64,000 bases of DNA from the IMG/VR virus record IMGVR_UViG_3300028832_000112, positions 41,681 to 105,680 of that record; one strand, given 5' to 3'. Numbering within the stretch: the stretch's first letter is position 1; the number at the start of each line of letters is the position of its first letter. The stretch comes from a virus. Its lineage: Duplodnaviria; Caudoviricetes. This document shows positions 1 through 8,056 of this stretch, in pieces. The notes under the pieces are model-generated. The model saw only the letters and a list, made by a program, of their open reading frames with translations, was not told the origin of the DNA and made no database searches. The position numbers and the translations under genes were made by a program.

Positions 1-1
1 C

Positions 2-895
2 TCGCTCGGCATCGTATTCTGGTATGGCGGCAAGTGGAACGTGACCACTGGCTGCAGCTTCCATTCTCCGCAAGTCCTCTGGGGCCGCATGTGGCTCAAC
101 GACCACATGAGGAAGCTCAAGTGTCCAATCGCCGACGACGCCTACAACAAGGTCATCAAGTCGCAGACGCACTTGTTCGAAATCGTCTGGCACCTTGACA
201 AGCATCCTATTCGTTATCCGAAGGACGAAATGGTGTACTTGGGCGCGATCGAGACCAGCACTGGCGAAGAACTTCGCTCGGTATCCATTCGCAGCGCGTT
301 CGCGGCAATGTTCGGCACCCACATGCCGGAAAAGTTCGATTTCTCGTCCATTGAGAAGGTCGCGGAAATCTGCAAGACGCTTCCGGCTGACCACGAAGGC
401 TTCGTCATCACGTGGCCTAGCGGATTCAAGCTGAAGATGAAGGGCGACGCATACTTGATGATGATGGGCTACTACGACAAGTGTACCGACAAGTATTTCT
501 GGCGAGCCTACGACCCTAATCTCAACATCTTCCATGCGAACCTCGACGCCGAACATAACTACGCCTATATCGACGACGAACCGCTGGTCATTCCAGAGGA
601 ACTGTTCGATATCCGTAACCGCATGGAGCTGTACGTGACTCGTTTCAGCGAGGCGCTGGACTACGTCATTTCCACTGGCGACTTCATCAAGATGACGCAG
701 CATACGATGAAGGAACGCGCCTTGTACATCCAAGAGCATTTTGGCGAGGCGCAGCAAGCTCCGTTGCTCTCCTATGTTCGCGGAGACCGCATGGAGAATG
801 TCAAGCGCATCGTCAACAAGACGATGATGCGTCCGGAAAAGGGCGCGTCCGACAAGAATCCTTACATCGGCTATCACGAGGACAAAGATGACTGA
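2..895 (+). CDS. T4 Rnl1-like RNA ligase (5'-truncated by window edge)
   Basis: Frame open from base 2 (SLGIVFWY..WNVTTGCSF); ligase motifs LFEIV, EGFVI, KLKMKG. Confidence 0.8.
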   Translation, partial: SLGIVFWYGGKWNVTTGCSFHSPQVLWGRMWLNDHMRKLKCPIADDAYNKVIKSQTHLFEIVWHLDKHPIRYPKDEMVYLGAIETSTGEELRSVSIRSAFAAMFGTHMPEKFDFSSIEKVAEICKTLPADHEGFVITWPSGFKLKMKGDAYLMMMGYYDKCTDKYFWRAYDPNLNIFHANLDAEHNYAYIDDEPLVIPEELFDIRNRMELYVTRFSEALDYVISTGDFIKMTQHTMKERALYIQEHFGEAQQAPLLSYVRGDRMENVKRIVNKTMMRPEKGASDKNPYIGYHEDKDD

Positions 896-1361
896 AGAAA
901 AATTCATTTCCATTCTGCCGCTGTTCCGTGGAACGACTAAGCAAGCGAAGGCGGCGTTGGCGGCATACCCAGAAATCCAGCGCATCGACATCGGTGTAAT
1001 CCGTAAGATCCTGGGATACAGCGGTACGCCTACGAAGGTACACGCCACGCCAGAACTTCTTGACAAAATGGTGGACAGATATCGCAACGGCGAGGGTACT
1101 TTGCGCGGTCTCGCCAAGGAGTACCGGGTTGCGCCCAAAACGTTCCAGCGAGCCTTGCATAAGGCTGGTTTCGACACGTCTAGGCAAGATACTTGGACGA
1201 CCATCAAGGAAAAGCGTCTGCTGAACTACATTTCGCAAGGAATGACCTATACCGAGATAGCAAAGCTGTTCAACATCAGCGTATCCGCTGTCTCCCAAAA
1301 GGCTCACCGACTCGGTGTACCCAATGTCAAACCGGGCCACCCAAACCCAAATCGCCATTAA
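888..1361 (+). CDS. Helix-turn-helix DNA-binding protein
   Basis: Two HTH-like segments (TLRGLAKEYRVAPKTF; MTYTEIAKLFNISVSAVSQ). Confidence 0.7.
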   Translation: MTEEKFISILPLFRGTTKQAKAALAAYPEIQRIDIGVIRKILGYSGTPTKVHATPELLDKMVDRYRNGEGTLRGLAKEYRVAPKTFQRALHKAGFDTSRQDTWTTIKEKRLLNYISQGMTYTEIAKLFNISVSAVSQKAHRLGVPNVKPGHPNPNRH

Positions 1362-1372
1362 TGAGGTAAAAA

Positions 1373-1693
1373 ATGAACGAAGAAATTAGCATCTGCAATC
1401 CGAAACTCACCGAGTTCGATATCTGGAATGCCCAGCCGAGAAAGGTTGTGTGTACAACTACCGACAAATCTCCGATGAGCGCTGGGGATGAACCGACGAG
1501 TCTTGTTGCTGGTAACGAATACGAAGTCGAGCGTGTACAAGTGGAAAGCTGGTATACGCTCGTAAAGCTTGCTGGCGTGGACGGCTGGTACAACTCCGTG
1601 CTGTTCTCGGAACTCGATGGATATGAACCAGTGAAAGACAGTCCGAGCAAGCGAGCTTGGCTTGGAACGCCGCAGCCGGGAGACTGGGATTAG
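1373..1693 (+). CDS. Hypothetical protein (SH3-like)
   Basis: RBS GAGG upstream; LVAGNEYEVERVQV..WYNSVLF. Confidence 0.65.
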   Translation: MNEEISICNPKLTEFDIWNAQPRKVVCTTTDKSPMSAGDEPTSLVAGNEYEVERVQVESWYTLVKLAGVDGWYNSVLFSELDGYEPVKDSPSKRAWLGTPQPGDWD

Positions 1694-1695
1694 TC

Positions 1696-2088
1696 ATGTG
1701 GGGTTTGCGCCTAGAATGCTGCAAGAAGTGCGGCTGTACGTTCCAGCTTCGTCAAGGCCAGTATGAAGGTTATGGCGGCTGGTATGATGAGGACGGCCTC
1801 TGCTATTGGTGCAAGCGCGAGAAAACCGTCGGCAAGGAGCAGACCGATGATGAGTTCGATGAATATTGCAAGTGCAACGACTTGGTCGGAGAAACTATAG
1901 AAGGAATGCATCATTGGTGGTGGTGGGTTCTCGTGATTATGGGTGCCGCTATATGGTGCGGTATGATCTCGACGCTATGCACTGGATGTCAAGAAATCCG
2001 CAAGGCTCAAGTAGAAAAACTCCGGTGCGAGTCTCCAGCACCATCATGGGCTAAACCGACTGGATGTAATACAAAGGAAGCAAAATGA
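1696..2088 (+). CDS. Hypothetical Zn-finger/membrane protein
   Basis: CxxC pairs plus one TM segment; ATGA overlap with next gene. Confidence 0.55.
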   Translation: MWGLRLECCKKCGCTFQLRQGQYEGYGGWYDEDGLCYWCKREKTVGKEQTDDEFDEYCKCNDLVGETIEGMHHWWWWVLVIMGAAIWCGMISTLCTGCQEIRKAQVEKLRCESPAPSWAKPTGCNTKEAK

Positions 2089-2681
2089 AAAATTTAATAT
2101 TGGTTATTGGACGTTCTGGCGCTGGCAAGGATTCTCTCATCCGCCACGCCAAGGAAGTTTTCAAGGACGTGTACAACATCGTGTCCGTTCCGTCCTATAC
2201 GGATAGGCCGATGCGACCGGGCGAGACCGACGGCGTGGAACATACCTTCCTCACCAAGGAAGCGTTCGACGACCTCATGAAGCGCGAGACGATGTTCGGT
2301 TACACGAAGATCGGAGAAACTGGGTTCCGCTACTGCTCTACCGTTGAAATGCTCAACCGTCTCGAAGGCGACACCATCTTCTACACGATCGATCCGAACG
2401 GCTACGACTACTGTCTCCAGTTCAAGGACATGTTCAATTTGAAAGTAATTTATGTCACTGCGAGCGAAGATATCCGCCGGGAACGTGCGAACGCTCGCAA
2501 CGGTGACACGAGTACTTGGGAAAAGCGCAAGTCCGACGAGGACGGCCAGTTCAACTGCTTCGAGGCGCGAAAGCCTTGGGACGCAATGATTACGAACGAT
2601 GGCGAGCTTGTCGAAGCCGAAAACGAGTTCGTGTTCGCTGTGAGCAAACTTCTATCAGGAGACGAAGATGTCGGAAAATAG
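2085..2681 (+). CDS. gmk: Guanylate kinase
   Basis: GRSGAGKD P-loop; SYTDRPMRPGETDGVEHTF signature. Confidence 0.9.
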   Translation: MKNLILVIGRSGAGKDSLIRHAKEVFKDVYNIVSVPSYTDRPMRPGETDGVEHTFLTKEAFDDLMKRETMFGYTKIGETGFRYCSTVEMLNRLEGDTIFYTIDPNGYDYCLQFKDMFNLKVIYVTASEDIRRERANARNGDTSTWEKRKSDEDGQFNCFEARKPWDAMITNDGELVEAENEFVFAVSKLLSGDEDVGK

Positions 2682-3159
2682 TAAGACTCCTACGACAAAT
2701 GAAATAGAACGCGAGTTCTATTATGCAATGTTGCCAGCAAGTGGCAACGAAAGCGGCACTGGCGACCTCTATTTCTGGTTCAGCAATATGGCTCGCCGTG
2801 GAATTCCTAGTGACTACGGCTGGTCGACGATACCGGAAGATGTGAAGCATGGCTATTCGTCGTCCAAGGATTCCTTGATGGAGTTCCTTCACAATACGCT
2901 GGCTCTGGATATCGACCGAGGCACTTGGAGCATGGCGGAAGCTACTGCCGTGCAGATATTCAAGGTCACTGAAAAAGTCGTGACGACAACATCGGTAGAA
3001 CCCTATCCTTCCCTCAAGGTCGAGGAGTCCGCCATAACTGAGGTCGGCGAGGAAAAGTACGGCTGGAACGACCATGAGGAAACCACCACTTGCCCAAGGT
3101 GCGGCGAAGAAGGCGTTCCGTACGGTAATTGCCCTCACTGCGGCTATGACATCCACTAA
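2668..3159 (+). CDS. Hypothetical protein with C-terminal Zn ribbon
   Basis: CPRCG..CPHCG; RBS AGGAG. Confidence 0.65.
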   Translation: MSENSKTPTTNEIEREFYYAMLPASGNESGTGDLYFWFSNMARRGIPSDYGWSTIPEDVKHGYSSSKDSLMEFLHNTLALDIDRGTWSMAEATAVQIFKVTEKVVTTTSVEPYPSLKVEESAITEVGEEKYGWNDHEETTTCPRCGEEGVPYGNCPHCGYDIH

Positions 3160-3200
3160 TTGCCGTTTTTGAGCGAATTTAGCGTTCCCCTTCTGAAAGG

Positions 3201-3232
3201 GCCCAGACTGGACATCCCGGTCTGGGCTTTTT
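3201..3232 (+). terminator. Intrinsic terminator, followed by ATAAGCT
   Basis: GCCCAGACTGG-ACATC-CCGGTCTGGGC-TTTTT. Confidence 0.8.
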
Positions 3233-3260
3233 GCATAAGCTCCTAGTAAGGAGGCTGGAT

Positions 3261-3785
3261 ATGGCGGAACCGATTGTTCGACTTGTGGGCGATATAGACG
3301 AGGAAGTGGTATCAGAGGTCATCGAGAAGCTGGGTAGGCTCTCACATAACGTGGGGAAGGTCATTCTGCTTATCGACAGCGACGGCGGTTCCATAGAAGA
3401 AGGCTTCCGATTGATCGACACCATCCGGATTCTCCAAGACAAAGGGATAACCGTCCACACGGTTGGGTCGGGAAAACTTTATTCAATGTCATTTTTTGTC
3501 TTCTGCTCAGGAAAGGAACGGACTGCCTATCCGAGCACTCGATTCATGTCGCATTGTGCTCGATATGATGGGTTGGGTGAGAACGAGGCGTATACGGCGT
3601 CTGACTTGCGCGTTTTGCTCCAGGAAATGGAATACTACGACCGCATGATGAAGTCTGTGCTGATGGACGCCGGAGTAAGTTCTGCAGATGCAGACCAGCT
3701 ATTAACGAAAAAGGACGTGTATTTCAACGTCCCTCAAGCAATACATCTTGGAATTGTCCAGAAAGAAGAACACGATATCGTCTAG
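3261..3785 (+). CDS. ClpP-like peptidase
   Basis: IDSDGGS, catalytic S (LYSMS), H (FMSH), D (DVYF..AIHLGIV); RBS AAGGAGG. Confidence 0.85.
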   Translation: MAEPIVRLVGDIDEEVVSEVIEKLGRLSHNVGKVILLIDSDGGSIEEGFRLIDTIRILQDKGITVHTVGSGKLYSMSFFVFCSGKERTAYPSTRFMSHCARYDGLGENEAYTASDLRVLLQEMEYYDRMMKSVLMDAGVSSADADQLLTKKDVYFNVPQAIHLGIVQKEEHDIV

Positions 3786-4528
3786 GACAGCTCCACCGAC
3801 ATCCAGTCGTCGAAGTCGAAGAATTCGAACGGCATTTTCTGGTCTTTCATGTGGAGCCAGACATCGGTCGTGATGACGTGCGAACCGTTGAGCGCGTCTT
3901 CCACTTTCTTGTTGAGAAGCGGAATGCGGTCATCTAGGCTGCCGTCTCTTGCCGACAGTCCGTGCATCTCGATCTTGGCTTCTGGACGGTACATACCCTT
4001 GTCGTACGCTTCTAGTAGTTTGTTCTGGATACGATTGAATCGTCCGGTCGGAATGTAATTGTCGAACACGGTTCCGTCGTAAGTTAGTTGCACGAGGCGC
4101 ACCTTGTAACGGCGCTGCAGCTCGCGCATTATGTGCCTACGCATGTTCATGAAGAACTGGTCGCATCGGTCGGTGAGGATGAAGTGGTCTACTTCTTGTT
4201 TCACGTTGCCGAACGAGTCGACGAAGGTCGAGTCGCAGCGAAGCGACTTGAGGTCGATATCCAGTTCCGTCGAGAACAAGTGCAGAGACTTCTTCGAGTT
4301 GTACGCGACGTGACCGATCTCGTGGATTTCTTGGTTGTCCGGCAAGACGATGCCAGTCTCCTCTTTCAGTTCACGCTTCGCCGCTTCGAGCGGAGTCTCG
4401 CCGTTCTCGATGTGGCCCTTCGGAATGTCGTAGGCGTAATTGTAGGTATAGGGACGTCCAGTCGGATGTCCTCCAAGCACCTTATGGGTGCTCTTGTCAA
4501 TGATGATAAAACCAGCTGATAGTTCCAT
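3782..4528 (-). CDS. Nudix hydrolase with C-terminal extension
   Basis: Nudix box PKGHIENGETPLEAAKRELKEETG. Confidence 0.9.
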   Translation of the reverse strand: MELSAGFIIIDKSTHKVLGGHPTGRPYTYNYAYDIPKGHIENGETPLEAAKRELKEETGIVLPDNQEIHEIGHVAYNSKKSLHLFSTELDIDLKSLRCDSTFVDSFGNVKQEVDHFILTDRCDQFFMNMRRHIMRELQRRYKVRLVQLTYDGTVFDNYIPTGRFNRIQNKLLEAYDKGMYRPEAKIEMHGLSARDGSLDDRIPLLNKKVEDALNGSHVITTDVWLHMKDQKMPFEFFDFDDWMSVELS

Positions 4529-4543
4529 GCCTATTAAATTAGC

Positions 4544-4747
4544 TTAATCGCAGTCCTTGTTGATTTCGTAGGGCTGCTGGGGTTCCGTTACGTCGATGCG
4601 CTTGACCGTGGTCGTCGGCGTCACCTTCTGGGCGTCCATGCCGAGGAGGACGATACGCTTCATTTCGTCATATTCCTCGTCCGTTGCGTTGTCCGGGACG
4701 AAGAACTTCTGGACTTGCTTGTATTCGCGAGTGACTTCGAACTGCAT
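4544..4747 (-). CDS. Hypothetical protein
   Basis: MQFEVTREY..., RBS AAGGAG; downstream of promoter at 4788-4816. Confidence 0.65.
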   Translation of the reverse strand: MQFEVTREYKQVQKFFVPDNATDEEYDEMKRIVLLGMDAQKVTPTTTVKRIDVTEPQQPYEINKDCD

Positions 4748-4787
4748 AAGAATCTCCTTGTTTCTTACTTTTTTCTTATTTATATAA

Positions 4788-4816
4788 AATATAGCAATTT
4801 TCCGTGTTCTCGTCAC
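4788..4816 (-). promoter_or_regulatory. Early sigma70-type promoter
   Basis: GTGACG-N17-TATATT with TTGC extension on the minus strand. Confidence 0.7.
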
Positions 4817-4845
4817 CTAAACTGATTGGAAAAGGAAGAAATTTT

Positions 4846-5661
4846 ATGGGTTTCAATATGCCTAAGACCAAAACAGTAGAACACGGCGAGATTACCTTAG
4901 AACAGCTCAATGAAATCAAGCGATGCGCAAGTGACTTGTCTTATTTCGCCAAGTACATAAAGCTCGAAAAGAATGGATATCCGATCAACTGGAGAGACTA
5001 CCAGCTTCGCGAGTTCGACATTCTCCAGAAGTACAACAACGTCATCCACAACTGGTGTAGGCAAGCTGGCAACCGATGGATCGAGGCCGCCTATGTGTTG
5101 TGGTACGTGACGTTCAACTCGTCTCGCTGCTGTGTGCTGTTGGATGTCAAGCATAGCATGGCCAAGGAACAGCTCGCGCTTATCAAGACGATGTACTTGA
5201 ACTTGCCGTGGTGGTTGAAGAAGGAAGCCGATTTCCATAAGATATACGCCACGTTCGGTTCTGGCATAGACAAATGCACCATATTCGTTGAGGCGTACGG
5301 CCTTGGTGGATTCCGTGGTAAGACGGTTAACTTGTTCATGTGTCGGAATTTTGCATTTGTCAAGGAATCCATAGCAAACGATTTCGCGGCTTCCGTATTT
5401 CCGGTACACATGTCAGGTAATCCGAAGAATCACCGCATGCTGATATCCTCTTGTCCAAACGGCAAGGGCAACTTGTTCCATCATCTGTGGAATAGTTGCA
5501 TCCAGCTGCCCAACGTGATTCAGCCGGAATCGACGTCGTTTGTCGGTACGGAAGTGACGTACAGCAAGCAAGTCAAGCCGTACGTGAAAAAGGACATGTC
5601 GAGCTTGCTTCCGCGCCACATCTACCTCGCCGAGTATGAATGTAAATTCGTGGACAGATAA
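4846..5661 (+). CDS. Terminase large subunit (T4 gp17-like) ATPase domain, catalytically degenerate, no nuclease domain
   Basis: CASDLSYFA, RDYQ, RQAG, FRGKT, FAF, SCPNG..NLFHHLW, EYECKF are colinear with gp17; Walker A GKT->GNR, Walker B DE->RN. Confidence 0.85.
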   Translation: MGFNMPKTKTVEHGEITLEQLNEIKRCASDLSYFAKYIKLEKNGYPINWRDYQLREFDILQKYNNVIHNWCRQAGNRWIEAAYVLWYVTFNSSRCCVLLDVKHSMAKEQLALIKTMYLNLPWWLKKEADFHKIYATFGSGIDKCTIFVEAYGLGGFRGKTVNLFMCRNFAFVKESIANDFAASVFPVHMSGNPKNHRMLISSCPNGKGNLFHHLWNSCIQLPNVIQPESTSFVGTEVTYSKQVKPYVKKDMSSLLPRHIYLAEYECKFVDR

Positions 5662-5667
5662 TAAACT
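5661..5667 (+). promoter_or_regulatory. Candidate late promoter ATAAACT
   Basis: Same heptamer at 7742, 10134, 18152, 22687 and 49423, each in a gene leader. Confidence 0.55.
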
Positions 5668-5694
5668 GTGGCTAAAGTCTCCTACGAGGAAACA

Positions 5695-5973
5695 ATGGCT
5701 AATATGAAATCTGTCGATGAAGTTATCGACGCCGAAATCGGCGGTTCTCCGATTTGCGAAGCCGTGAAGCAGATCGCTGGCACGTTGTTTGAGTCAATCG
5801 ATTACAACAACGCAAGTGCCGTGTACAATGCTCTTGCAGAAGGCCAGTACTTTACTGACGCGGAACTTGAGCTTGTTACCAATGGCTGGGGCTTGAACAC
5901 TGATACCTTGGACAGAATCTGCCAAGTCCGCTATGGCGGCGATGCAGACCAAGTTATTGAAGGACGTGTATGA
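5695..5973 (+). CDS. Hypothetical, possible internal head protein
   Basis: RBS GAGGA; ICEA/LFES motifs resembling prohead-protease sites. Confidence 0.6.
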   Translation: MANMKSVDEVIDAEIGGSPICEAVKQIAGTLFESIDYNNASAVYNALAEGQYFTDAELELVTNGWGLNTDTLDRICQVRYGGDADQVIEGRV

Positions 5974-6842
5974 GACCCTACCTAGCTATCAGTATCAACG
6001 GCGGCGGTGCCCTCGGCATCGGCCCTCTCGCGTTCATGGAACGTCTCGAAAGCGATGTCGGTAGAGGACTCAACGAAATCGGCGTTGCGTTTGCTGGAAC
6101 TTCTACTGGCTCCATCATCGCTGGCGGTTTCGACGAAGGATATAACGCCCATGAATTACGTAAGCTGTACCGTGACAACTTGAAGAAGATTTTCACGAAG
6201 TATTCGTGGTACAAGCGCTTGCAGCCTTCTTGCCCGACCTACGACAACTCCTACTTGAAGGAACTCCTCAAGAAGAAGTTCAAGGGAAAGGTCAGCGACT
6301 GGAAGAAGCCCATTTACATTCCGACTACGCACACGAACGGTGAAAGCGTGGAGAAGGTTTGGGACTTGGGCGATACGAAGGTCGACAAGTGGTTCGCCAT
6401 CTTGACAAGCACTGCGGCTCCTACATTCTTCGATGTTGTCGTTCAAGACGGCCAAAGTTTTTGTGACGGTGGTATGTGGGCGAACTCTCCGATTGCAGTC
6501 CTCAACGCTGGCTTGAAGCGTTCTGAGTACGTAGGCAAGCTCCGCATTCTTTCGTTCAACACTGGCATGGATACGCCGAACACGCTCAAGGGAAACCAGT
6601 CCCTCATCGGTTGGGCTACCTACCTCAAGGACGAATGGATCGCTCGCGCCGGAAAGAGCAACGACTACGAAGTCATCGCCGATCTCGGCGCAGAGAACGT
6701 GGCCATCGCCTCTCCGAAGCACTCTTCAAAGATTGCGATGGACAAGACCGACGACGACACGCTCAATAAGATCGAGAAAATCTGGACGGACTACTACGAT
6801 GCCAACCGTGAATATTTCAAGAAATTCGTGAAGTGCTACTAG
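5970..6842 (+). CDS. Patatin-like phospholipase
   Basis: GGGALG, GTSTG, TAAPTFF and DGG motifs intact. Confidence 0.9.
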   Translation: MRPYLAISINGGGALGIGPLAFMERLESDVGRGLNEIGVAFAGTSTGSIIAGGFDEGYNAHELRKLYRDNLKKIFTKYSWYKRLQPSCPTYDNSYLKELLKKKFKGKVSDWKKPIYIPTTHTNGESVEKVWDLGDTKVDKWFAILTSTAAPTFFDVVVQDGQSFCDGGMWANSPIAVLNAGLKRSEYVGKLRILSFNTGMDTPNTLKGNQSLIGWATYLKDEWIARAGKSNDYEVIADLGAENVAIASPKHSSKIAMDKTDDDTLNKIEKIWTDYYDANREYFKKFVKCY

Positions 6843-6861
6843 GAACGGCTGGAAATGGATA

Positions 6862-6901
6862 AAAAAGGGGATTTGCCAAGCAAATCCTCTTTTGCTATAT
6901 T
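6862..6901 (+). promoter_or_regulatory. Terminator fused to early promoter
   Basis: Hairpin AAAAGGGGATTTGC-CAA-GCAAATCCTCTTTT containing TTGCCA(6873)-N17-TATATT(6896). Confidence 0.75.
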
Positions 6902-6927
6902 TAGGGCAACTTATCACTGGAATTCTC

Positions 6928-7692
6928 ATGGGAGAACTCAAACAAGCAGCTGGCATCAAGGTGGTACTCCAAGACCATTACGAAATGCCGAACCCACTTG
7001 AAACGACTTGCACCGTACTGTCATCGATCGGTATAAGCCCAGAATACTCACCGATGGCTGGCACGACGGAACTCTGGATCAACAGCGATGACGGTTCCTC
7101 GAAGTATGTTGGCTATCTTGACTTTATCCACGATTTGCCGACTGGTCGACGTAATCTCTGGGGTCACACCGACGGCGGCAAGGCGATGCAACTCCTGACT
7201 GATAAGGACATCTTTGAATTCAAGGATATTCTCATGGCAGAAAACAACATCCAAGACAACGACGCACTCGAAATCATCGTACAGTACCAGCACGAAGACA
7301 CCTACCGTCTCAAGGCTATCGAAAAGGGCAACTGGATCGACATGGCCGCCGACGAAGACGTGACTATCAAGGCTGGCGAACTCAAGCTCATCAACCTCGG
7401 AGTGGCTATGAAGCTTCCGGAAGGCTACGAAGGACACCTTGCCCCTCGTTCCTCCACGCTCAAGAAGTTCGGTGTGCTTCAGGCAAATTCAGTCGGCGTC
7501 GTCGACGATACATACTGTGGCCCTACAGACTGGTGGCGCTTCCCGGCATTCGCTACTCGCGATACCGAGATCAAGCGCGGCGAACGCATCTGCCAGTTCC
7601 GCATCATGGAAGTGCAGCCGAAGCTCCGCTTCACCGAAGGAAAGATGGTCGCCGAAGACCGAGGCGGATTCGGTTCCACCGGGACAAAGTAA
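6928..7692 (+). CDS. dut: dUTPase (trimeric type) with ~100-aa N-terminal extra domain; possible internal start at 7234
   Basis: WIDM, PRSS, GVVDDTYCG, RICQFRI, RGGFGSTG motifs. Confidence 0.9.
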   Translation: MGELKQAAGIKVVLQDHYEMPNPLETTCTVLSSIGISPEYSPMAGTTELWINSDDGSSKYVGYLDFIHDLPTGRRNLWGHTDGGKAMQLLTDKDIFEFKDILMAENNIQDNDALEIIVQYQHEDTYRLKAIEKGNWIDMAADEDVTIKAGELKLINLGVAMKLPEGYEGHLAPRSSTLKKFGVLQANSVGVVDDTYCGPTDWWRFPAFATRDTEIKRGERICQFRIMEVQPKLRFTEGKMVAEDRGGFGSTGTK

Positions 7693-7710
7693 TTGTTGTT
7701 AGTCCATACA

Positions 7711-7748
7711 AGATCGCCAGCGTCTGCTGGCGGTCTTTTTCATAAACT
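7711..7748 (+). terminator. Intrinsic terminator directly followed by ATAAACT
   Basis: GATCGCCAGC-GTCT-GCTGGCGGTC-TTTTTC-ATAAACT. Confidence 0.75.
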
Positions 7749-7754
7749 AGGGTC

Positions 7755-8045
7755 ATGCAAGCATTTCTCCACTCGATAGCTCCTTTCCTTGGCGGTTTCG
7801 GCTCGTTTCTCTTTGCGATCGTCAACGTTCCTATCATCGTAAAAATTTATATGCAGAAGTCCACAGAAGGGACTTCTTTGCTGTTTGTGCTGATGTCGTT
7901 CTTTGCGAACATCTGCTGCGGCATGTTCGTGCTGGACAACAACCTCACTACGGGCGTATGGCAGATTCCGCTTTATTGCAACTACGGATTCGCGTTCTGC
8001 TGTTGCTGCTGGATTCTGTACTTGTTCCATAAGTTCAAGAAATAG
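7755..8045 (+). CDS. PQ-loop/SemiSWEET-like small membrane protein
   Basis: Three TM helices; P.IVKIYMQKSTEGTS motif; PLYCNY. Confidence 0.7.
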   Translation: MQAFLHSIAPFLGGFGSFLFAIVNVPIIVKIYMQKSTEGTSLLFVLMSFFANICCGMFVLDNNLTTGVWQIPLYCNYGFAFCCCCWILYLFHKFKK

Positions 8046-8056
8046 AATAATTTATC

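Noticed and set aside
4804-5661. Functional terminase marking a packaging module
   Set aside because: Walker A and B are destroyed, there is no nuclease domain, and no portal or capsid genes are nearby
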